IMG/VR virus record: IMGVR_UViG_3300044846_004348 | Location: 28,643-92,642 of that record | Strand: one strand, 5' to 3' | Source of the DNA: a virus | Length of the DNA stretch: 64,000 nt | Shown: piece after piece, positions 12,301 through 22,366 of the stretch | Numbering within the stretch: position 1 is the stretch's first letter | Layout: each line of letters begins with the position of its first letter | Position numbers and translations under genes: made by a program | The notes under the pieces: generated by a model | The model's database searches: none | What the model was told of the DNA's origin: nothing | The model's input: the letters and a program-made list of their open reading frames with translations, nothing else

Positions 12301-15300
12301 CTTACAAAGTAGTAGTATCCGTCAATTAAAGGACTTGGTGATACCCCAGCAACACCTGATGTTTGAGCAACACCAGTTGTCTGCACTTCATTAGTAAGAG
12401 TCGATCCTAATGAATTTGCACCTGTATATGTAAACTGAAAAGTATCTGGGGTTCCAGTAATTGTGTATGTTCCATTAAACTCAACAGCAGTTGTAGAACT
12501 TAGTCCACTAATAGTTACAATGTTACCAATTGTGTAACCATGGGCTTCTCTAGTTCTAATTGTTCTACTAGTACCTGAACCAGAAATTTGGAAAATTTCT
12601 CTTCTAGGTCCACCAGTGCCTGGACTGAAAACAACTGAATCTTCTGTACTAAATTGGTGAGAGGCTAGAGTTATAACTTCTGTAGAAGTGTTTACATCTG
12701 AGGCAGCAAAAAATGCAGGTTGTTCTGTGTCTGGAGGGAATATTCTTAGTCTATCTCCCACTTTTAGAATTTTACTAAAGTTTGTTCCATCTCCATCTAC
12801 TAGTACGGAGTTGACTGTAGTGTTTAGGGTTCCCGTTCCTGTAATATTTCCATTAATTTGAGAACTAGTTAAAGTGTGGGATAGACCTGCTCCAAAACTT
12901 GTAATGGAGATAGGAACACCTGATTGTGAGTTTGCTACAGTACTAGCCAGTCTTAACCAGTCTTTAGAAACTGCTATTACGTAATAATCATCACCGTCTG
13001 TTAGCCCGCCAATTGGTGTTTCTCCGCCGTCAGAGTATGTAACTTTTGTTCCAGTTAAAAATCCGTGTGAAGGTATTTTTATATAATTTTCTGATACGTC
13101 TACATTGAATCTTGGACTAAATGTTTTAACAATCTCTGGTACAGATCCTGAAGCAGTTACTTCAAATTCGGTTGCACTAGTTACATCGCTAATTGAGTAT
13201 GTACCATCTGGTGTTCTAATTAATGATTTTAATTTATGTCTACCGACTGGTGCTGGGGATGCAATTAAATCTATTGCAGTTCCATTTGATGCATTAATAC
13301 TACTTGTTGCTAGTTTTATTGTGTTTCCGTCTATTACAATTACATAATATGGAGTTGCACTTACCAAACCATTTATATCAGTTTGACCTACCGTGTCATA
13401 TTCTACTAGCTCACCTGTAGAAAAACCATGATTTGGGATTGTTAAAGTGTTTTCAACAAAATCTACAACGAATGTAGTTACCGAATGAGACCCTATACCT
13501 ACTCCAATAATATTTTCTACTAAAGTAAGATTTTTGTCGTTGTACAGTCTAAGTGTGTTAGCATCTATTCTCTGTATAAAGTAAATTTTTTGATTTTGTA
13601 GTCCAAAAATATTTGTATTAGTGTCTATTTCTCCAACAACACCAGTAGCACCTACTTCTCTAAGTAGTGTGTTTCCAGTTGTTGCTGTTTGTATAGGTAT
13701 AGTATTTAACGTAATTGTTGCACTAGCGTTGGCGGCTGGTACTTGATCTACAGTTAAAGCTCCAGAAACTGCTGCAGTAGTTACAGTTCCTGATGTTTGT
13801 GTAAAAAATTGAATTCTGTTAGCAGCAGGTATTGCCGTAATAGTGTGAGTTCCGTTGAATATATTTGCATCTGCACCTGACATGCTGGATATAGTTACAG
13901 TATCGCCAACTTGTAAATTATGGGTTGTATTTAAGGTCACATCTGCTACGTTTACTGTTCTTAATCTATTAGTTACAGTAAATGTTGTAACGTTGGCTGC
14001 TTGAGGTCTGGTTACAGTGAATATTGTGCTTGAAGGAACGTTGTTAATTACAAATGTTCCATTAAATATGTTTGGATTATTTGCAGATATGCCAGAAATT
14101 GTTACTGTTGTTCCCACTTCAAGATGGTGAGGTAGGGTGGTTGTATATCTAGCCACCGTGTTTGAAATAAGTTCTCTATTGGATACAACTCTTGTGTATG
14201 TTGGAATGGTGTATCTTAGTTGATTTACACCAGCCATTGTTCCACCAACTACTTCATTTGATATGGTCCCACTAGTTGGTGTTGTAAAAGTTACTCTAGT
14301 GCTTGAAGGAATACTACTAATAACCCATTCGCCATTAAAGGTTTGAGGAACTGAACCTCCAATATTATTAATTCTTATTCTTTCACCCACTTCAAAACCG
14401 TGAGCTGCGCTTACAGTTACGTCAGCAACGTTTGCGCTTCTACTTCTTGCAGTAATAGTGAAAGCAGGTCTAGTCATGAGAGAAGCTCTTACAGTTGTTC
14501 CAGTAGTAGCACCGTTGGCAACAGTAATAGAAGTTGTACCTATATATGTAAATTGATTTGCAGAAGGGACACCATTTACTGTGAACTCTCCTATAAAACT
14601 GGAAGCATTTACTCCAGTCATATTTATAATTCTTATTCTGTCGCCAATAGCAAAGTAATGAGGATTATCTGTGGTTATAGTTCTTGTAGTAGCTTCACTC
14701 TGTCTAGCAGTAATGTTTACTTGGTAATTCCAAAAATTACCATCGTTACCGCTGTTGTTTTCTAGGTATACGTAGTTATTAGTTTCTAAATTGTGTGGCG
14801 CTGCGGTGTTAACAACTAAGTTAGTGTTACTAAACAGTCTTCTAGTTGATAGTGTAGATTTTTTTTCAGGACTATCAAACGTTATAACTGATGCAGAAGG
14901 AAGTGAAGTTACTCTATACTCTCCATTGAAAACATCTTGATTTGTATTAGTTATACCAGTTACAACAAATCTATCATTAACTTGAAGATCGTGGTTAGCA
15001 TCAAAGTTTAAAGTTCCAACAGTTCTATTTGCTAGATTTCTGTTATTAATTCTTACACCAATTTTTGAAGTTTTACCTATTGCTGTAGTTGTTGATAAAG
15101 TGTAGCTTGAAGGTGGCATCTGATATCTAAACTGAGTGGAGCTGCTTATAGTGTCTACAATTGCATCTCTATAAACAAAACCAGCATTAGTTATGCCACC
15201 AGATCCAACATTTGTATTGCTAAAAGTAATATTTGGATCTAAGTTAGAACTTCCTACTGATTGAATTCTGTAGTCTTGATTTGCTGTATATGTAAATGTA

Positions 15301-17939
15301 TTAGTTCCAGGTACAGAGGTTATAAAGTAGGTTCCATTAAAATATTCACCTATGTCTCCTTGAATACCTACAACACTTCCTGAAATATTTTTAACAACTA
15401 CTGGAAAACCATTTGGTAGGTAGTGTGGCTCTGTTGTTACAATAGTTCTAGTAGTTCCTGAAGAAGATATACTTCTAATATTTGTTGTAAAAAGATGAGG
15501 TAGATAGTCTAAATCTGTTCTAGCTATAATATATGCTGCAACATCGGTATTAGTCTCTAAAGTTAAACTAAAACTTTCTTCAGCTGTATAAGTTATTTGG
15601 TTAGATGATGGTACACCAGTTACAACATATCTTCCATTAAATCTTGTGTTATTTGTGCCTGTGTTTCCTACAACTTGAAAATAGTTTCCAGTAGCTAAGT
15701 TATGGCTACTAGCAAGAGTGAGTGTTCTTGTTTGACCAGAACTTCCTCTTTGTGTTATTAATATTTGAGGAGTGGCTATACCTGGTATTGAGAAGTTATC
15801 AAATGTTACTCTACTTCCGTTTTGTAAATTGTGAGGCTCTGTTGTTGTAATAAATCTAGAATTTCCGCTACTAGAAACGTTAGCTATAGTTAAGTCTCTA
15901 CTCTTTTGATATCTTACTGTTTGTCCAGAAACATAACCGTGACTTGGTATGTAGATACTGTCTTCTGAAATGTTTACAATATTCAAAATAAGACTGTGGT
16001 TTATTCCAGTGCCAGCAGCAGATAAGTCAATTACTGGACCCTGTAGCGATTGACTTAATGTAAATCTATTTTCGTCTACCACTTCTTTTATATAATATGT
16101 AGAATTATTTTGTAAAGGTGTAATAGCTGTTCCAGTACCGACTGAATATCTTACTGGCTGATCCAGTAAAAATCCGTGATTACTTATAGTAATAATATTT
16201 AGAGCTGTATTAACAGTAACGTCTCTAAAACCCTCTACTGCATTGATACTAGATGGACCAGTAATATTTAAAGTAGTAAAATTAGGATCTGGAGTGCTAC
16301 TTAATCTATAACTAAAATCATCTACTAAATTTATATAGTAAACCGTGTTTTGTGCTAAACCTATAGGAGCTGTACCGTTAGTGAAATAGTTTACAGCTTC
16401 CCCGTTAAAGAACCCGTGTGCAGTTTTTTGACTAATTATTTCTGTGTCTAAATCTATAGTTATTGGTACTAATGCGTGGAAAGAACTTCCAGCAGGGGCA
16501 ATAGGAATTGCGTTTTCTTCATTGTTTGCATCTTCTGCAGTTGGGTGAAGTGTAAATCCAAACAAAGATCTTTCTACAAGAGTTACAGAAACTTCTCCTT
16601 CAACATCTCCTGTATTGTAAAGATTTAAGTTTTCAATTGGTTGACCTAGTAAAGTTGCAGATCCATCATATAAACCAGTAGATGTTGCAACATTTGTTGC
16701 TGTAGCAAATATGAATGAGCCACCACCACCACCAGTTAAACTTCCAATGCGATCGGTAGTTGCTCCACCACTGTAACCACCTGCTCCACCATTACCGCCC
16801 CAAGATTCGCCGTCTGAACCTGCTCCGCCGCCGAAACCACCTATTGCTGATGAGCCACCAGCAGAAAAACCACCTACAAGACCATTGTTAAAGCCGCCGC
16901 CGCCGCCGCCTCGCTCAGAGTTTCCGCCTGCAGAGAAGAAACCTCCTCCACCACCACCAGCAGAACGTCCTGCTGCACCTTGACCGCCTTGACCACCAGT
17001 GTAACCTTGTTGCGATGTACCACCGATAGTTGTTAATACAGCATTAAAACCAAATTGTGTGTTAGATGAGGATGCTCCACCGCCAGCAACAAACAAAGGA
17101 ATATTTCCAGCTTTTCTTACAACAAATGTTCCACCAGAAGATGCTGGCCATGTAATATTATTAGGAGGTAGTTCTCCTCTTTGACCTATTGCAAAAGTAA
17201 TAATTTCGCCTTTAATTAAGCGAACACGACCTCTTACAATTGCACCACCGCCACCAAGTGCTCTACCTTGACGACCAGGAGCACCTTTTACTGTAAATTC
17301 GTACAAACCATCTTCTGGAACTGTCCAGTCTTGGTATCCCTGAAAACTACCTAAATTTAAATATGTATTTTCCCAAGTTTCTGCAGCATAAGCTGATCTC
17401 ATTTGTGCAAGATTTGGTCCTTGCCCTCCAGTAACCCCAGCGGATGTAAATGTGTGATTATCAAATAGATATAAGGCAGAGCCACCAAGACCTGTTAAAA
17501 GATTTTTTACATAATATGTATTACCTGAAGTAAGACCTGTAATTGGGGTTGAGTCGGTAAGGTATTTTACTGCTTGAACATCATCGTATTTTACGTTAGT
17601 TATGTTTATAGAATTATCGTAAACAGATGGGAAGTTGAAAGTTACGGTTCCTGCTGAATATTCAGTTAAATTTATATTAGTAGTAGAGGCTGCTGTAGTT
17701 GTAAAACCTATAGAAAAATTATCAGCAGTGTTTAGAAAATATACTTCACCACTGTCTAAACCATCTATAGTTCCTGTAGTTTCTCTTACTACCCAAGCGC
17801 TATCATTTACTAAATTTGTAGCTTTTGTGGTATTGATGTCTCTACCAGGAAAGTAAATATAATCTTCATCTAAGTTAACATTTACTTTTTGAAGAGTGTG
17901 TGTACCTGACCCACCTACAGCGGTAATATTAATAGTCAA
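9348..17939 (-). CDS. giant 2863-aa multidomain virion protein (glycine-rich domain, many HG(F/L)/PHxL beta modules, C-terminal lectin-like domain)
   Basis: Uninterrupted ORF with GAGG SD before TTG; repeated I..HGF..G..V.Y and T..PH.L modules; poly-Gly domain. Confidence 0.8.
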   Translation of the reverse strand: MTINITAVGGSGTHTLQKVNVNLDEDYIYFPGRDINTTKATNLVNDSAWVVRETTGTIDGLDSGEVYFLNTADNFSIGFTTTAASTTNINLTEYSAGTVTFNFPSVYDNSINITNVKYDDVQAVKYLTDSTPITGLTSGNTYYVKNLLTGLGGSALYLFDNHTFTSAGVTGGQGPNLAQMRSAYAAETWENTYLNLGSFQGYQDWTVPEDGLYEFTVKGAPGRQGRALGGGGAIVRGRVRLIKGEIITFAIGQRGELPPNNITWPASSGGTFVVRKAGNIPLFVAGGGASSSNTQFGFNAVLTTIGGTSQQGYTGGQGGQGAAGRSAGGGGGGFFSAGGNSERGGGGGGFNNGLVGGFSAGGSSAIGGFGGGAGSDGESWGGNGGAGGYSGGATTDRIGSLTGGGGGSFIFATATNVATSTGLYDGSATLLGQPIENLNLYNTGDVEGEVSVTLVERSLFGFTLHPTAEDANNEENAIPIAPAGSSFHALVPITIDLDTEIISQKTAHGFFNGEAVNYFTNGTAPIGLAQNTVYYINLVDDFSYRLSSTPDPNFTTLNITGPSSINAVEGFRDVTVNTALNIITISNHGFLLDQPVRYSVGTGTAITPLQNNSTYYIKEVVDENRFTLSQSLQGPVIDLSAAGTGINHSLILNIVNISEDSIYIPSHGYVSGQTVRYQKSRDLTIANVSSSGNSRFITTTEPHNLQNGSRVTFDNFSIPGIATPQILITQRGSSGQTRTLTLASSHNLATGNYFQVVGNTGTNNTRFNGRYVVTGVPSSNQITYTAEESFSLTLETNTDVAAYIIARTDLDYLPHLFTTNIRSISSSGTTRTIVTTEPHYLPNGFPVVVKNISGSVVGIQGDIGEYFNGTYFITSVPGTNTFTYTANQDYRIQSVGSSNLDPNITFSNTNVGSGGITNAGFVYRDAIVDTISSSTQFRYQMPPSSYTLSTTTAIGKTSKIGVRINNRNLANRTVGTLNFDANHDLQVNDRFVVTGITNTNQDVFNGEYRVTSLPSASVITFDSPEKKSTLSTRRLFSNTNLVVNTAAPHNLETNNYVYLENNSGNDGNFWNYQVNITARQSEATTRTITTDNPHYFAIGDRIRIINMTGVNASSFIGEFTVNGVPSANQFTYIGTTSITVANGATTGTTVRASLMTRPAFTITARSRSANVADVTVSAAHGFEVGERIRINNIGGSVPQTFNGEWVISSIPSSTRVTFTTPTSGTISNEVVGGTMAGVNQLRYTIPTYTRVVSNRELISNTVARYTTTLPHHLEVGTTVTISGISANNPNIFNGTFVINNVPSSTIFTVTRPQAANVTTFTVTNRLRTVNVADVTLNTTHNLQVGDTVTISSMSGADANIFNGTHTITAIPAANRIQFFTQTSGTVTTAAVSGALTVDQVPAANASATITLNTIPIQTATTGNTLLREVGATGVVGEIDTNTNIFGLQNQKIYFIQRIDANTLRLYNDKNLTLVENIIGVGIGSHSVTTFVVDFVENTLTIPNHGFSTGELVEYDTVGQTDINGLVSATPYYVIVIDGNTIKLATSSINASNGTAIDLIASPAPVGRHKLKSLIRTPDGTYSISDVTSATEFEVTASGSVPEIVKTFSPRFNVDVSENYIKIPSHGFLTGTKVTYSDGGETPIGGLTDGDDYYVIAVSKDWLRLASTVANSQSGVPISITSFGAGLSHTLTSSQINGNITGTGTLNTTVNSVLVDGDGTNFSKILKVGDRLRIFPPDTEQPAFFAASDVNTSTEVITLASHQFSTEDSVVFSPGTGGPRREIFQISGSGTSRTIRTREAHGYTIGNIVTISGLSSTTAVEFNGTYTITGTPDTFQFTYTGANSLGSTLTNEVQTTGVAQTSGVAGVSPSPLIDGYYYFVRSIPNSTTFTVNNRNRTDNILDYTTSINHNLRAGNRFTISSITGVNPEVFNGTFTVVHVPAANRIQAIATVTGGNIAGAGVTGTLTPLSSNSVKLYNTLADATADTNAVDISSAGTGFALKLSKITPSTPIIRTIAAIGGDDQITVDRPYSTAYTNVSYSYPTFIYVRPQGYSLHRPFDGGVEMSTGYGTWYGKIIRQTRKYFRYQSGKGIQTSAGINFKPSIDVEDMRRVGSSSVITVRTRRPHGLINGLFVKIDDAFDSQNVLSQIYNGTFQVTVIDAFNFTYISNVNITENRSYGYPRMHVTAWTNGALRAGMFDDQNGMFFEFDGQELYCVRRSSTQQISGTIAALQGSEFIFGTNTAFQAQLTVGDSIVLRGQSYKVSEITSDSRISIKPEYKGSSGNETEFNPSTAVNTSTNVITILNHGYTENLPVIYNSIDGTPIGGLINGRTYYISVLTNNTLKLKASPTAEQFVTLSDVGSGTVHSFVSAKTGIIATLTEDTRVPQSQWSIDPCDGTGITGYNLDLSKIQMIYMDYSWYGAGKIRYGFKTVDGQVRYVHEFVHNNQKFESYFRSGNLPARYEVVTFENPTYIPYLFHWGTSVMMDGTFDDDRAYLFTKSSASLNIGGTTAKTFGSSAINTQTEIINIPSHGFALGDPLQFKGISGSGSLQPNSQNPAIQTVAGINAFNNLQNEATYFIRPLNTNNIILYYRLADLQATTFTVTTRVKNSFRVTITTSANHGYNVGDSVFVNMSTDAFAASFNGSYTIATVPAANQFTYDAFVDRRDVGSATPPGGTLVSKNVVNFFNQGNTLSTYSFTPAGSLNNTSGGNYQPLISLRLSPSVSEGLTGQLGDRDIINRMQLRLNEIGVQTNQLIDVKVLLNGRLNNLNFVGVESPSLVQTIEHTSNDTISGGIQVYNFRASGANGQELGTTVDIGDLFELSNSILGGNSVFPDGPDIITIAVARLTGSETLTSAKLSWAEAQA

Positions 17940-18001
17940 CTAAATTACCTCTTCCAAATTATAAATATTATTAATACTTTTGTTTTTAATTTTACCAGAA
18001 A

Positions 18002-20482
18002 TCATCGGACGTAAACCGCCAAGTTTAGGAAAGTTCTGTTTGCTGCACCGTTGGAACTATTTCCAAAGTTCCACCAGTGTCCGTGTGCTCTCCAGTGCGA
18101 GTTAGATGTGTATGTAAATCCAATACCACCGCCCCATCTATCAGACGTTGTTCCTGTACCACCCATACCTATCATCGAGGCACCGTGACCAGTTACAAGG
18201 TTTGATGTTGCTGTGGTGTATCCGCCTGTCATGTATTGGTTTATATTTCCATAATTATTTGCATAGTCAGATAAAACTTTAAATCCAAATCTTGCGCCAG
18301 TTTGTAGTAATTGTTGACGAACGCTAGTGTGGGTGCCTAAACGACGTACCATAGACCACTCGTTTGGATCGTTTACATAAATAGATGGGAATAGCCAAGT
18401 ATTTCCATATGTAGATTGATTTGTTCCACCAGTAACAGATCTCATATTTGGAATGGTGACATTGTGTCTCCAACCAATTCTATTTGCAGTGTTTGTTATT
18501 TGAACTATCATCACATCGTTGAAAGGTAGTTTGTAGAATAGAGGACTAAATGCATCAACATCGTTAAGATCTTGACTATTTGCAGAAGCAAATAAACTTG
18601 TAAATTGATTATCTGCATTCCAAGCCCAACCATCCCATATAGGACCAAATGTGTGGGATGCTCCCGATTGAGGTGCATTACCACTAGGTAGCGAGTTAGT
18701 TAATAATGTGTTGCTAGATAACTTCATAATTTGAGTCCAACCACCGCCCTCAACTCCAAAGAAGCAGTGAGTTAAATGTGCTGTAGCAGAACCTGCTGGT
18801 TTAATCCAATAAGCACCAGTTGTAGATGCTGGTGCGGCTAAAAGAATAGCGGCAGCGCTTGTAGCGGCTCTTGCTTCAGTTGTTCCGTCTAATACAAAAC
18901 CTTTATCTCTCGTTAAAGAAATATGTGTGCCGTCATATACTCTTTTAACAAAATAGTAATTAGCTGGAGCTTCGACAGTTGTTATTGGTGCCCCTACTGG
19001 ATATGAGTACTTGACCATATCTGCTTCTTCAAAATTATGACCAGGTACTGCAAGTATTTCTTTATCTATTGAAACAGATATTGCTTTTAATGTTTGAGTA
19101 CCAGTTCCACCAGAAATAGCACTTAGAGCGGATCCTCCAGGTTCTGCAGATAAGTTGACAATATTTGTCTGAGCATTAATGCCAGCAACAAAGTATGTAG
19201 TGTTATTAGTTAATCCAGTAGCAGCGGAACCAGAAGTTGAGTAAAGAAGCATCTGTCCATTTGCCCAGTTTGTGTTTGAAGCTAAAGTAAAGTTAGTAAT
19301 ACCGCTTCCACTTATTGAACTAATAGTGTATGTTGATCCTTCTGAATTATCTCCATCAAACTCGTAACTTGTGCCTTGTATTAAAGTAGTAGAGATTTGG
19401 TTTGTAGTGTCTAAATTTCCTCCAGCAAAAGTTGCCACCAAGTCTGCTTTTTGAAATGTTCCAGTTATATTAGATGTAATATCTATAACTGTTCCATTAG
19501 GAATTTGACTGACTGTAAATGTAGAAGAACTAGTTCCTAAACTGTTGGCAGTTTTAATAAACACGACACCGCGAGGGTTAGTTGCAAAAAAACCTTCAGC
19601 TGCACTAACACTATATTGAAGAGCAGACCCTACAATAAGATTTGAAAAATTTTCTGAAGTATGTGAGACAGTTATTGTGTCTGATTCAGTATTTACACCT
19701 GAAACTGTACTAGCAACGGATATAGGGCTACTTGATGCATTATTAGATAGACTTAATAAACTTTGTGAAGCTGTATTTGATCCATCAAAAATTCTAGCAG
19801 TTGCGTTATTTGAAGCATCAAAGGATTTTGATTCTGTGTTAGTTGAATCAAACTCTTGACTAATAGTTGAGTTTAAGTTAATAAAATAGAAAGGAGTATT
19901 TGGTCCGAACCCATGAGGACTTTCTGTTTTTATAGTTAAAGTAGAAGTTGGCTCTGCGTCTGTAACGATACCTTCTGAGTCAGATATGCGAATTTGAGAC
20001 CCTTGAAAAAATTCACCTGTAATAATAGATGTATACAAATCTTCAATACTTTTAGTTTGAAATTGATTCTCTCTCGCTAAATATGTAAAAGTTCTAGCAT
20101 TAGGTATTGAGTTAATAATATAAGATCCATCAGCAGTTATTTCTTTAGTTCCACTAACACTTATAGGTATACCTGCAGCAAGACCGTGATCTAGGGCGGT
20201 AGTAATTGTAATTTCTCTTGAACCAACTATTGTAGTTATTGATTCTATGTTAGGGATAGTTGTATCACCAGATTTTGAAAAAAATGAAGGAATATTATTA
20301 ATTAATTCTACTGTTTCCCATTTTGTTGGCTGTAAACCGTACTCAAAGTCTGTATCGATTAAGTTTTCAGGTTGGGAAACCCTAAGTTTAGTTACTGGAT
20401 CGATAAACTCTTTTGGAAAAGAAATTTCTCCGCCAGTAGTGCCGCCGCCGCCGCCGCTAGAGCCTCCTAGAAAACCTGGCAT
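18002..20482 (-). CDS. 826-aa virion protein with C-terminal fibrinogen-like domain
   Basis: Same HG/PHG modules as the giant neighbour; GAYWIKP...THCFFGVEGGGWT resembles the fibrinogen-like (YCD..GGGW) motif. Confidence 0.72.
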   Translation of the reverse strand: MPGFLGGSSGGGGGTTGGEISFPKEFIDPVTKLRVSQPENLIDTDFEYGLQPTKWETVELINNIPSFFSKSGDTTIPNIESITTIVGSREITITTALDHGLAAGIPISVSGTKEITADGSYIINSIPNARTFTYLARENQFQTKSIEDLYTSIITGEFFQGSQIRISDSEGIVTDAEPTSTLTIKTESPHGFGPNTPFYFINLNSTISQEFDSTNTESKSFDASNNATARIFDGSNTASQSLLSLSNNASSSPISVASTVSGVNTESDTITVSHTSENFSNLIVGSALQYSVSAAEGFFATNPRGVVFIKTANSLGTSSSTFTVSQIPNGTVIDITSNITGTFQKADLVATFAGGNLDTTNQISTTLIQGTSYEFDGDNSEGSTYTISSISGSGITNFTLASNTNWANGQMLLYSTSGSAATGLTNNTTYFVAGINAQTNIVNLSAEPGGSALSAISGGTGTQTLKAISVSIDKEILAVPGHNFEEADMVKYSYPVGAPITTVEAPANYYFVKRVYDGTHISLTRDKGFVLDGTTEARAATSAAAILLAAPASTTGAYWIKPAGSATAHLTHCFFGVEGGGWTQIMKLSSNTLLTNSLPSGNAPQSGASHTFGPIWDGWAWNADNQFTSLFASANSQDLNDVDAFSPLFYKLPFNDVMIVQITNTANRIGWRHNVTIPNMRSVTGGTNQSTYGNTWLFPSIYVNDPNEWSMVRRLGTHTSVRQQLLQTGARFGFKVLSDYANNYGNINQYMTGGYTTATSNLVTGHGASMIGMGGTGTTSDRWGGGIGFTYTSNSHWRAHGHWWNFGNSSNGAANRTFLNLAVYVR

Positions 20483-20554
20483 TAGCTGACACCTCTCTTA
20501 AAAAAGTTTGTAATCACAAGTTTAGACCAAAAAATATATAGTGAGTTTAATAAA

Positions 20555-21205
20555 TTATACACCTAACCACCAACTTGTAGTTATTTTAAAAGACCCAGGA
20601 TTTCCTTGAGCCCCAGCTGGTCCTGTATTTCCTCCAGCAGTTTCTACAAAAACCCCATCAAAAAATACATAAGTTTTTGCATTTGAAGTGTTAAACCAAG
20701 CGTCACCATTTGTAGAAGTTTCTGGATCTGGTTGCGTTGTACTAGCAGTAAATTTACCTGCAGGTCCCGTAGGTCCAAGTGGTCCAGGAACTTCAGACTG
20801 CGCACCCGTTGGTCCTGTTGGTCCAACAACACCTCTAGGTCCCGTAGGTCCTTGCGGTCCAGTTACTTGTGAATCTAAACCTTGCGCACCTGTAGGTCCT
20901 TGTGAACCTTGCGGTCCAGTTGGTCCTTGCGGTCCAGTTGGACCTTGCGGACCTAAATCACCTGTCGGTCCAGTTGGTCCTGTTACTGTCGAATCTGGTC
21001 CTGTCGGTCCTACATCACCCTGCGGTCCTGTTGGTCCCGTATCACCTATTGGTCCTGTTGAGCCAGTTGGTCCAGCGGCACCTGTTGGTCCTATTGGAGC
21101 AGTTCTTTTTACTTCCCATTTGACGCCATCCCATATCCAAATATGACCATTAGCCTCGAACTCTTCATTGAGTTCTGGTGGTGATGGGAAATCGATGGCT
21201 GCCAC
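20555..21205 (-). CDS. short collagen-like protein
   Basis: IDFP...WIWDGVKW N-module, about 110-aa GPT/GPQ run, GDAWFN module; AGGAG SD before GTG. Confidence 0.85.
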   Translation of the reverse strand: MAAIDFPSPPELNEEFEANGHIWIWDGVKWEVKRTAPIGPTGAAGPTGSTGPIGDTGPTGPQGDVGPTGPDSTVTGPTGPTGDLGPQGPTGPQGPTGPQGSQGPTGAQGLDSQVTGPQGPTGPRGVVGPTGPTGAQSEVPGPLGPTGPAGKFTASTTQPDPETSTNGDAWFNTSNAKTYVFFDGVFVETAGGNTGPAGAQGNPGSFKITTSWWLGV

Positions 21206-21277
21206 TTCGGCTTATCTCCTTAATCGGGTGGATTTTATTATCTTTAACTATTCTAGTGCAATTTTTAGTAAGTCAGA

Positions 21278-21430
21278 TTAATTTAATCCAGCATTTAATT
21301 TGTTTGTGTAGGCTTCAGCCCATAATTCTGCTGCTTCAGTAGACTCCCAAGGACCGCTGTGATCTATAACAGAGTCATTAAAAAGAACTTTACACATTGG
21401 TGGTGTTCCAACTATTTCATATGTGTACAT
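21278..21430 (-). CDS. 50-aa hypothetical protein (not in ORF track)
   Basis: AGGAGG SD then MYTYEIVGTPPMCKVLFNDSVIDHSGPWESTEAAELWAEAYTNKLNAGLN*. Confidence 0.7.
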   Translation of the reverse strand: MYTYEIVGTPPMCKVLFNDSVIDHSGPWESTEAAELWAEAYTNKLNAGLN

Positions 21431-21439
21431 ATTACCTCC

Positions 21440-22363
21440 TTAGATTGAGTAAGCTATTTTTCCTGAATTACCGACAGCTAGACCTAATTCATTTGTTACG
21501 TATAAATCATTTATAGTACTAGAACCAAATGATGAAACTCTTTGATCCCACGAAATACCGTCGTATGATGTTGCTAGTTTTCCACTTGCTCCTGCTGCTA
21601 TATAAGCAGCATCTTGTTCTTGTGCCACTGCTATGGTTCTAATTGTTGACGATCCAAAACTCGTAAATGGAAATGCTATATCCCACGAAATACCATCGGT
21701 TGATATAGTTACTTTTCCTAACTCTCCTACTGCTACATATCTATTGTTTATGTTTGAAACAACGTCAAATATAGATTCTGTAGAAAATCCAGATGTTCTT
21801 AAAGTCCAACTTGTACCGTTAGTTGATGTTGCAAGTTTTCCGTCATAACCAACTGCAATTATTAAATTATCGTTAGCAAAAACTTTATTTGTATATGTGG
21901 TTCCTAGTGGAGGAGTTCTAAGAGTCCAAGATATTCCATCTGGTGATGTTCCTAGTTTTCCATCGGAAGCGACTGCTATCCAAAGATTTGCTGAAGATGA
22001 GTATGTTACAGATGTTATTGCAGCTGAACCAAATCCAGATGCTCTCTGTGTCCAATTTATTCCATTAGTAGATGTTGCAAGTTTTCCTGAACTTCCAGTA
22101 GCTACATACAGTTCCTGACCAGCATCATAAGCAATTGAAAATATTTTGCTTGTACCAAAAGAAGAAGTTCTTATAGTCCATGTTAAAAAATCTATAGATG
22201 TTGCAAGTTTCCCTGAGTCTCCTACGGCAACATATTTATCTCCGCTATAAATAATTGAATTTATGTTCGATACATTAAAAGAAGTATCTCCAGTTTGAGT
22301 CCACGATACTGGTGCAAATGGTATAAATAAGGTTGAATTAAATGCATGGGTTACTGTAAACAT
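21440..22363 (-). CDS. beta-propeller protein with Asp-box/BNR-like repeats
   Basis: About seven repeats of VAVG.SGKLATS.DG..WT.R.S.FG. Confidence 0.85.
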   Translation of the reverse strand: MFTVTHAFNSTLFIPFAPVSWTQTGDTSFNVSNINSIIYSGDKYVAVGDSGKLATSIDFLTWTIRTSSFGTSKIFSIAYDAGQELYVATGSSGKLATSTNGINWTQRASGFGSAAITSVTYSSSANLWIAVASDGKLGTSPDGISWTLRTPPLGTTYTNKVFANDNLIIAVGYDGKLATSTNGTSWTLRTSGFSTESIFDVVSNINNRYVAVGELGKVTISTDGISWDIAFPFTSFGSSTIRTIAVAQEQDAAYIAAGASGKLATSYDGISWDQRVSSFGSSTINDLYVTNELGLAVGNSGKIAYSI

Positions 22364-22366
22364 TAT

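Noticed and set aside
17940-18001. Readthrough or frameshift fusing the 826-aa and 2863-aa ORFs
   Set aside because: 62-nt AT-rich gap and a separate SD before the TTG start favour independent genes.
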